Part shown: one piece after another, positions 53,025 through 64,000 of the stretch
How the letters are laid out: the number at the start of each line of letters is the position of its first letter
How positions within the stretch are numbered: position 1 is the first letter of the stretch
From: Octopus vulgaris
Lineage: Eukaryota
NCBI GenBank assembly: GCA_951406725.2
Contig: OX597817.1
Coordinates: 80,972,001-81,036,000 of the forward strand
Length of the DNA stretch: 64,000 nucleotides
Direction: 5' to 3'
Translations under genes and position numbers: made by a program
Notes under the pieces: model-generated
What the model saw: the letters and a program-made list of their open reading frames with translations, nothing else
What the model was told of the DNA's origin: nothing
Databases searched by the model: none

Positions 53025-54896
53025 TAATAATTCTATCTAGCATCTTAAATATAGGATATTGTCATAGTCTCAGTTGGTTACGCTTGAGAAGCCATCCGCA
53101 AAGTCTAAAGACAGTTGCTTCTGATAGGATCTTATGAAGGGGGTACCTGAGGATTCTACCCCACTACCAGAAATAGTGGGCGAAGAAGATGAACAGATGG
53201 AAGAAGGGGTGGAGCTTAAATGTAATTTGAATTTCCCATTCTCGATCATCAGACTGGATACTTCGAAAGGAAGTTGCTGTAATTGTTGTTTAGCCCCAAA
53301 TTACTTGTAATCTAACAAACCTATGGTCACAATCTTCCTTCATCCTATCTTTCTTAATCTGCGACCACAATACCTAATACGTACGCTCTTTTGTTTTAGG
53401 GATTTTTATAAGACAGCAGGTTATGATTTGAGAAGGATTTAGCTGCTAGTATTAGCAGTTCGGGTGATCATGTTAAGACTCCCTTGCTGGCTTGACCAAA
53501 AAGGCGTTTGCTTATTTGGCATTCTAGGAGATTTAGAGTAATAGACTGTAATAAATATAGCCATTGATTTGTTGCAAAACTGTTCATCGTCTCTGTAAAG
53601 TTGATATCGACAAATAGCAGAAATTAAAATCTAACTTCTGATCTCGTTTGGCAACTAATTGCTCATTAATATCCGATGATTTGGGGATCTACTGCCAACT
53701 AATTCTTCCTTACTTGAACACGCACAAAGATACACACACATATGTACACATACATATACACATAAACACACATATATATATATATACATATACACAGTTA
53801 TGCAAACATATACATATGCATACATATACATAAACACGGGCATAAACAAAGCACAGACTCTAAACACAACACTTCTCTGCAGACATATTCACATAATATC
53901 CAAGTACATATAAGAATATAGACTGACAGGCTCTGCGTAGAAATGTGATAATATTTCCATGGCTTATAGCTTATGGACGTTGTTGATTCTCTCTAGTACC
54001 AAACTGAAAGCATTGTAATTTTAAGTTTCTACTTTATGGGTTCTCGTTCCGAATATAATGTTGATGTTGTATTTAGTTATGGGCGATAAAATATGTGTCA
54101 ATAATATAAATAGCTTGAGGTAAAGGAGCTCGCTTTGTAACGACGTAGTTTCGGGTTCAGCCCCATTGCACGGCACCTTGGCCGAATGGCTTCAACTATA
54201 ACCCCAGGCCGACCAGTGTTTTGTGAGTGAATTGATAGATGGAAACTGTGTGGAATCTCGTCATATATATATGTTTCATCGTGTGTCTTTATACTTGGGT
54301 TTGCTTCACCTTCCTTGACAGCCGGTGTCAAGGAAATTGAGAAAATTTGGTTTAAATGTTTGACAACTCAGCCAGCACCGTCCATTAGACGGGGAGCGTT
54401 TTGCTCGTACTTCATAAAAGTGGATTGACGGAAACTGTACAGAAGCCTGTCGGGTGAAATGTGCCTGTAAATTAAAAGGTAATACTCGATCTTGGCCATA
54501 ACAAGTAAATGGATCTTCGTCGATTTTGACGATAAGTATTCAGTAGTTCGATCAGCTGAATTATGTATCCATTGAATTAGCAAGTAAGTGACTGAGTAAT
54601 CCATAGAGACCTGTAAGCTTCACATAATTCATGAACAGAATAAACATCGGCTTATTCTGCTGTACCTTTGAATTACATGTACAATCCATCAGGCGGGCTT
54701 CCACAGTTTCCGTCTTTCCAATCTTACTCATCGGACCTGGGTGGAGCAGAAACTATGATAAAATAATCACTTGCTGAAAATGCTATGAAACGAATTTGAG
54801 CTCAAAGCCTCATGAATGGAAAAGAGAAATTCTTAACCATTCGGCCATAGCTGCTTTTAAACTACGTTTAAATGCATGTTGCACTTATATATATAT

Positions 54897-55310
54897 TTTT
54901 TATTGCCCACAGGTGGCTAAACATAGAGGGAACAAACAAGGACAGACAAACGGATTAAGTCGATTATATCTACCCCAGTGCGTAACTGGTACTTCATTTA
55001 TCAACCCCGAAAAAAAGAAAGGCAAAGTCGACCTCGGCGGAATTTGAACTCAGAACGTAAACACAGACGAAATACCTATTTCTTTACAACCCACAAGGGG
55101 CTAAACACAGAGGGGACAAACAAGGACAGACAAACGGATTAAGTCGATTATATCGACCCCAGTGCGTAATTGGTACTTATTTAATCGACCCCAAAAGGAT
55201 GAAAGGCAAAGTCGACCTCGGCGGAATTTGAACACAGAACGTAAAGACAGACGAAATACCGCAAAGCATTTGGCCCGGCGTGCTTAACGTTTCTGCCAGC
55301 TCGCCGCCTT
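54897..55310 (-). mobile_element. SINE A head-to-tail dimer
   Basis: Two bodies joined at TAAAGAAAT|AGGTATTTCG (~55075). Confidence 0.9.
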
Positions 55311-56044
55311 TTGCACTTGTATACCAAACAATATCTGAAAGAAATTAAGTTACGTACCTATGTATATGAATACGTTGTTCGCTCCATAGGCGGTCAGTAT
55401 TTCATTATATAATACACTATTAATTTTAGAGCTGAATTAAATTGTTTTGTTATGTACTTATAGGTATGAGTGTATTCATATGTTCTCACAATTTCAATAT
55501 GATTTGAGCTAGTACTTATAGTAGTCACCAAAATTTGAAATAAATTATGTTGCAATATATTTCTTTTTATTTCTTGTTAGTAATATAATTTGCACTACTA
55601 CCTATTTGTAGACAACAATACATGTAATAAAATTATTTTGGTCTCAGTCTAAACGTACTTTGATTGCATTACGCCTATCTGGTAGCAGATTTCCCTTTTT
55701 ATATATCACTGGTTTTATATAATACGTCGTATTAGAATATGGCTGAATTTTAAACCGGCTCCTTTATATTTTAATAACTTTAAAGAATAAAATTTGAAGA
55801 GAGATAGCGAATATATCTATATTCATATATATGGGTGTATGGTGAATAATATATACAAATACACATAGATAATACACACACATACATACATACATACATA
55901 TATGCATGCATACATACAACACACACACATACATACATACATACATACATATACACATATATAAATTCAAGTTATAATATATGGATTCAAATAATCAGTT
56001 TGTATCTGCTCAAGATTAAAAAGTGCTCCTTAATTTTATAATAA

Positions 56045-56360
56045 ATAATAAATTTACATGTGTGCATGTTTGCATTAATATAAACAGTCTTTAAATTAAT
56101 GCAGATATCAAGCTATATACATATATATATATAACCGTTAGCATATATCAGACAAATAGTTATGACACTCAGGAAATGGATGACGATACATCGTCAACAG
56201 ATCAGGGAACCATTGTGTCAAGATGTAGAAAATTATGGGAGACAGGTTTTACCAAACTATTCGGTCTTCTCATTCTATCAGTGTAGCGACTCTACGACGA
56301 ACAGCAAGGACACAATAAAGAAAATGTTTTATTAGCAGATACAAACTGAAACAATGCATT
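56045..56360 (+). pseudogene. Decayed PLE GIY-YIG endonuclease fragment
   Basis: AYIRQIVMTLRKWMTIHRQQIREP...LPNYSVFSFYQC aligns by eye with YIGQTKNGLRKRMALHRSQIKIP...PPNFRIFPLYQ of the 37.5-kb copy; KFTC lies upstream. Confidence 0.7.
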
Positions 56361-56527
56361 ATATTTTAATTGGTATACAACACTGATTATATTGCCAAAT
56401 TCTAAATTCTTAAAAAATATAACCATTGAGCAGGTGTTTTGAGGGCTATAATAAACTTTTGTTACTTTATGTTATCTTATAAGGAAATCAAACATCATTC
56501 TCACTCCCTCGCTTTCTCTTTCTCTCT

Positions 56528-56570
<43 letters not shown>

Positions 56571-57506
56571 GCATGGCCACAGTCAAATGACTGAAACAAG
56601 TAAAAGAGTAAAAGAGTAATGAGTAAAGAGTATTTAAAAAATGCCTTTGTTAAGACATGCACTAATCAGTAAACTTTTTTTTATAGGAAAACACATTTCA
56701 TTTGAAACCTAATTTTATATATTTAATTTCATGTGTATGTATGTATGTATGTATGTATGTATGTATGTATGTATGTATGTATGTATGTATGTATGTATAT
56801 GTGTGCATGTGTGTGTACTTATAAATGTGTGTGTGTGTTTGTGCGCGCGCGTGCAAGTGGACAAAGGAAAGAAAGAGACACACAACACAGTAGGAATTAC
56901 ATATATTAGATAGTCTGATTCAGTCCAATAGCACTTAAAGTTTCGTAGGCTCACTGATCCCGATGAGCTAGGCTCCGATAACATAAGTCGCATGGGGCCA
57001 GATCAAACGGTTTTAAATTATACATATACATACGTGTGTGTGTCTTTTTAAAAAATTAACTATTCAGGCGGTGTTGTTGTTTGTTCATCGGCTAAAATGC
57101 TTCATAGTGTTTGCTCTGAGTTCAAACTCAACCGATGTCAAATTTGCTTTTCCTCTGTGTGGGGGCCAGAAATAAAAATGAATGACAGCCACATATTAAT
57201 GTCAGTATTTCTAATACTTCCTTCTTTGTTTCTCGGAACAGCTACCTTAAGTTATGAGGAGAATCGAGAAGCAGGAGACTGCTCATAGCATCAGTTCTCA
57301 AAAAGATGGAGAAGAGCTGAGCAAGGATCAGGCAAACTCTTCATATTAAAAAACTGATACAGTGCTGGAATCTGTACTGATGTATCCCAGGCAACATGGT
57401 TATAGTATAGTGTAGTAAGACAGCAGGGTAAAGCAATATTTTAAAGCAATTTTTCTTTAAATGATTTTTGAGATTTCTTTAAAAAAATTTCTAAAGCGCT
57501 TTTCGT

Positions 57507-57808
57507 GGAGGCGCAATGGCCCAGTGGTTACGGCAGCGGACTCGCGGTCGGAGGTTCGCGGTTTCGATTCCCAGACCGGGCGTTGTGTATGTTTATTGAG
57601 CGAAAACACCTAAAGCTCCATGAGGCTCCGGCAGGGGTGGTGGTGACCCCTGTTGTACTCTTTTGCCCCAACTTTCTCTCACTCTCTCTTCCTGTTTCTT
57701 CAGTAACCCTGCGATGGACTGGTGTCCCGTCCAGCTGGGGGGAACACATACGCCACAGAAACCGGGAAACCGGGCCCATGAGCTTGGCTAGGCTTGAAAA
57801 GGGTGCAT
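57507..57808 (+). mobile_element. SINE family C, tail type i
   Basis: Near-identical to 31513-31815. Confidence 0.92.
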
Positions 57809-57880
57809 AAAAATTTAAAAAACGCTTTCCACTTTTTCTTGTGTTCTTAATTGCTTTTAACATCTTCTAACTACTCTTAA

Positions 57881-58210
57881 GTGATGGTGTATGACTCAGT
57901 GGTTATAGCGGCGGTCTCGCTATCATGGGATAAAGAGTTCGATTCCTGGACCGGGCTTGTGTGTAATGTTCTTAAGCAAGACACTTTATTTCACGTTGCT
58001 CCAGTTCACTCAGCTATAGAAATGAGTTGTGACGTCACTGGTGCCAAGCTGTATCGGCCTTTGCCTTTCCCTTGGATAACATCCATTACGTGCTATGCAT
58101 AAGCGACTGCTGGTTTTCCATAAACAGCAGTTTATTTGAACTTGTGTCTCGGTGGGGAACTTTCCAGGTACAATCCCATGGTTATTCATCACCTAAGGGG
58201 ATCTTTACAA
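57881..58210 (+). mobile_element. SINE family D
   Basis: Matches 40893-41228. Confidence 0.88.
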
Positions 58211-58418
58211 CTTGCCTTAATTTATTCAGTTTCAGTATTTCACCCTTCTCCTTTACCTTCCTAACTTCTCCTACTAATGGCATTACTCTCTTGTCTTACT
58301 ATATAGTACTGGAACCGTCCAAAGATGGACCAATCTATGTGCAGTATACAGCACGAAAGGAAATAAAGAAGTACCAAAAGTAAGAATGCAAAATTTCCCA
58401 AATATATAAACGAACAGA

Positions 58419-58842
58419 GGCGGCAAGCTGGCAGAAACGTTAGCACGCCGGGCGAAATGCGTAGCCGTATTTCGTCTTCCGTTACGTTCTGAGTTCAAAT
58501 TCCGCCGAGGTCCACTTTGCCTTTCATCCTTTCGGATTCGATTAAATAAGTACCAGTTACGCACTGGGGTCGATATAATCGACTTAATCCGTTTGTCTAT
58601 CCTTATTTGTCCTCTCTGTGTTTAGCCCCTTGTGGGTAGTAAAGAAATGGGTATTTCGTCTGTCGTTACGTTCTGAGTTCAAATTCCGCCGTGGTCGACT
58701 TTGCCTTTCATCCTTTCGGGGTCGATAAATAAAATACCAGTTTCGCACTGGGGTGGGTCGATGTAAGTGACTTAATCCCTTTGTCTGTCCTTGTTTGCCC
58801 CCCCCCCCCCCTATGTTTAGCCCCTTGTGGGCAATAAAGAAA
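58419..58842 (+). mobile_element. SINE A head-to-tail dimer
   Basis: Junction TAAAGAAAT|GGGTATTTCG at ~58650. Confidence 0.9.
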
Positions 58843-59033
58843 TATATATAGACGAACAGAGATTCTTGCGATCAAAATCAAATGCATTTTCATTTATTTA
58901 TTTATTTATTCATTTATTTATAGTGCTCAGGCGAACCTTCTCGCCTTTCTACGTTCTGGAAACTTCAACATATTTTGTATCATTCGCATCTAAAATCTAT
59001 CTGCTAACCTTAATAACTGACCCAACAATCTAC

Positions 59034-59220
59034 CAGGGGGGGGTGGCAATCCCTTCTGTACTCTTTCGCCACAACTTTCTCTCACTCTTTCTTCTGTTGG
59101 CCTGCTCGCTTACCCAGCGGGGTGGCGTCATTTGAAGGCTAACACAATGCGAAGCGCATTGTGACCAGCGATGCTTAGCAACATCTGATAGCCTGGTCGA
59201 TCACGGTGATCACGGTGATA
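59034..59220 (+). mobile_element. SINE family C 3' half (tail type ii)
   Basis: Matches 36520-36683. Confidence 0.85.
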
Positions 59221-59412
59221 TATATGTGTGTGTGTGTGTGTGTGTTTGACACCAATATAATCAGCAAAGAGGATTGTAAGGAACAGACGTGCAAGATTTG
59301 TTTATGGAAAAAATCTATCAGAGACAATAAACTGAAATCGTTCTAAGCGTTTTGGAAAGACATGGCTACTGCAAATATGGTTTGTACAGTACACACAAAG
59401 AATATATACGAC

Positions 59413-59469
<57 letters not shown>

Positions 59470-59689
59470 CGGTTGTTGTGGTGGTGGTGGTGGTGGTGGT
59501 TTCGCCGTTCGTTTTGTGTCTCTCTTATGCATTGTGTCTATGTCTTGTATGTTGTTTTTTGTTGTAAAAGTATTTTGTTTACTCACTGTCTCTCTCTCCT
59601 TTCTAACTCCACCTCTCCCCTTTCTTTCTCTCTTTCCCCATCTCTACATCTAAATTTCCCACCCTCAATATATATGTATGTGCGTGAGC

Positions 59690-61072
<1,383 letters not shown>

Positions 61073-62019
61073 CTCGATTTGGGTGGAAAAGGAGTAGTTA
61101 ATGAAAGGGATAAACGGTGAAACTTTTATCAGTGAGAAAGATTGTGAAATCTCGCAATGATGGCGAAAGAGAGAGAGACAGAGAGATGATGATGATGATC
61201 CTCCTCCTCATCATCATCATCATGGATGAGGAGTCTTTAATGAGGGGATTGGTGAGAAAAGCCTAAATATTGAGAGAGACGTCGAGGACTTCTTTAGATT
61301 GTGAGAGACACGGAGAGAGGTTTTAGAATAGCAAAAAGACGGAAAGAAAGAAATTTAATGAGGGAGATGGAGAGAAGGCACATTGTTAGAGAAGGATAAG
61401 GAGGTGTAGGGAGAGAATTTTAGGAATTAAGGGAGACGAGATGAGGGAACTTTAATGAGAGAGATGGAAATAAGGCTCTTTATTGAGAGTAAGAGAAAGA
61501 GGATTTAGATTGGGAGAGAGACGGAGAAATGGGACCTTGTTGGAAAACATGTTATAGGAGAGATAGAGAAAGGGGGCTTTATTGAGTGACTGGGAGAGAA
61601 GGGTGGATCAAATAATGAGAGAGAGACAGGAAGAGGGGCAGCATTAAATAGGGATAGAGACAGGCAGGAGTTCAATTAGAGTGACGGAGAGAGGAGAATT
61701 AGCAAGTGAGAGAGAGAGAGACGGAGAGCAGGGTAGCTTTTAGATAGAGGGAGACACAAATATGGAGTATCTTAATGACTTCGATAATAAGAGAGACGGC
61801 AAGAGACGGCCTTAAGTAGCGAGAGAGGTGGGAACAAAGACCACTAACAGTAAGAGATAGAGAAAGAATTAGGTAGTGAGACGGAGAAGGGAGAAATTAA
61901 ATGGAGAGACAGACACACAGAAAGTGGGTGGGTATGAGAAAGAGAGAAAGAGAGGGAAGAGTAAGAGTAAGAGACGAGAAGAGAGATAAAAAGTGAGAGA
62001 GAAAGAAAGATATTAAAGA

Positions 62020-62988
62020 ATCTTTTCTACTCTAGGCACAAAGCCCGAAATTTTGGGGGAGGGGCCAGTCGATTGGATCGACCCCAATACGCAACTGGTA
62101 CTTAGTTTATCGACCCCGAAGGGATGGAAAGCAAAATCGACCTCGGCGGAATTTGAACTGAGAACGTAAAGACAGACGAAGTACCTATTTCTTTACTACC
62201 CAGAAGGGGCCAAACACAGAGGGGACAAACAAGTCAGACAAACGGATTAAGTCGATTACATCGACCCCAGTGCGTCACTGGTACTTAGTTTATCGACCCT
62301 GAAAGGATGAAAGGTAAAGTCAACCTTGTCGGAATTCGAACTCAGAACGTAAAGACAGACGAAATACCGCTAAGCATTTCGCCCGGCGTGCTAACGTTTC
62401 TTATTTCTTTATTGCCCACAAGGGGCTAAACATAGAGGGGACAAACAAGGACAAACAAAGAAATTAAGTCGATTACATCGACCCCAGTACATATTAATTT
62501 ATCGACCACGAAAGGATAGAAAGCAAATCGACCTCGGCGGAATTTGAACACAGAACGTAAACATAAACGAAATACCTATTTCTTTAGTACCCAGAAGGGG
62601 CTAAACACAGAGAGGACAAACAAGGACAGACAAACGGATTAAGTCGATTACATCGACCCCAGTGCGTAATTGGTACTTATTTAATCGACCCCGAAAGGAT
62701 AGGCAAAGTGGACCTCGGTGGAATTTGAACTCAGAACGCAGCGGCAGACGAAATACCTATTTCTTTATTACCCACAAGGGGCTAAACATAGAGGGGACAA
62801 ACAAGGACAGACAAAGGGATTAATCGATTACATCGACCCCAGTGCGTAACTGGTACTTAATTTATCGACCCCGAAAGGATGAAAGGTAAAGTCGACCTTG
62901 GTGGAATTCGAACTCAGAACGTAAAGAGAGACGAAATACCGCTAAGCATTTCGCCCGGCGTGCTAACGTTTCTGCCAGCTCGCCGCCT
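62020..62988 (-). mobile_element. SINE A head-to-tail pentamer
   Basis: Five ~180-230-bp units with junctions at ~62757, ~62577, ~62402 and ~62186. The last unit ends in the alternative TGCCTAGAGTAGAAAAG tail. Confidence 0.92.
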
Positions 62989-63920
62989 TGAGAGCTATTA
63001 AAGAATGGGTCTTTGGATAAACATGTTTAATATTTAGAATATAAGGAGAGACAGGGAGGAAGGAGTGAATAATTTGTATGTGTATCAGTAAGCGCATGAG
63101 TCTATGTATTTGTATGCATGAGTATATGAATACATGTGTGCGTGCATACATGTGTATATGAATATAGGAGTGCACATATGCGTGTGTGTATGCATGTGTA
63201 TATGAATGCTTGAATGTATGCATGTGTATGTATGTGTATATGAATATATGTATGTGTGTATATGTATATATGAATATATGTGTGTGTCTGTGTGTGTGTG
63301 TGTGTATGAATATAAATATGTGCGTGTATGTATGTGTATATGAATGCATGTATCACGTATGTATGTGTGCGTATGGCTAATTTTATATGTATAAGTATGA
63401 GTGTTTTAGTGCTGTATGTATGTGCAGTTTCATGAATGTATGATTGTATGTGTGACTCTGTGTGTGTGTGTGTGTGTGTGTGCATCTGCGAGTATGTATG
63501 TGTGTGTGTGCCTCTGTGTGTGTGCCTGTGTGTGTGTCTATGTGTGACTACAGGGACTGAGTGACTAAGAGTGTAGGAAAGATTGTAAGGTATGTTTGAG
63601 TCAACGTACGTGTGTGTATATGTGAGAGACTGTGTGCGTATGAATGTGTATGTGCGTGCATGTATAGGCATGTGTGTGCATGCAAAGGAGAGAGAGGGAA
63701 AACGATGTGTGTGAGTGAGTGGATGTGTGAGTATATGTATGTTTTGTGTCTTTGCATGTGTGCATGTGTGTATTTGAGACAGAGTTAGACAAGAAAATAT
63801 GTGTGAGAATGAGACAGAAAAAGTGGATGCATGTGTGTATATGTGTGGGGAGGGCATGCATGTATGTGTATGTATGTTTAGGGGTAGATGTGCATGAGTC
63901 TGTGTAAGGGCTGCTCTAAA

Positions 63921-64000
<80 letters not shown>

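Overview
AT-rich, microsatellite-saturated eukaryotic DNA whose SINE families look like those of octopus (organism is an inference). No intact protein-coding gene is evident, and almost all ORFs in the track are translations of simple repeats. The window holds at least four tRNA-derived SINE families (one forming head-to-tail concatemers), decayed LINEs (Tx1/L1-like APE and R4/Dong-like RLE types), mariner remnants and MITEs, and a probable solo LTR. The most notable content is a Penelope-like (PLE) retroelement system in or near microsatellites. It comprises a young 5'-truncated GIY-YIG copy with ~650-bp inverted arms (36793-38808), a second decayed GIY-YIG fragment, several short non-coding elements carrying minimal type-I hammerhead ribozyme motifs (two unrelated ones with a U3:A8 covariant core), and a series of fold-back palindromes. 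A candidate terminal coding exon ending in ...NIYESM...RYYV* lies on the minus strand at 12435-12614. All alignments and folds were done by eye.
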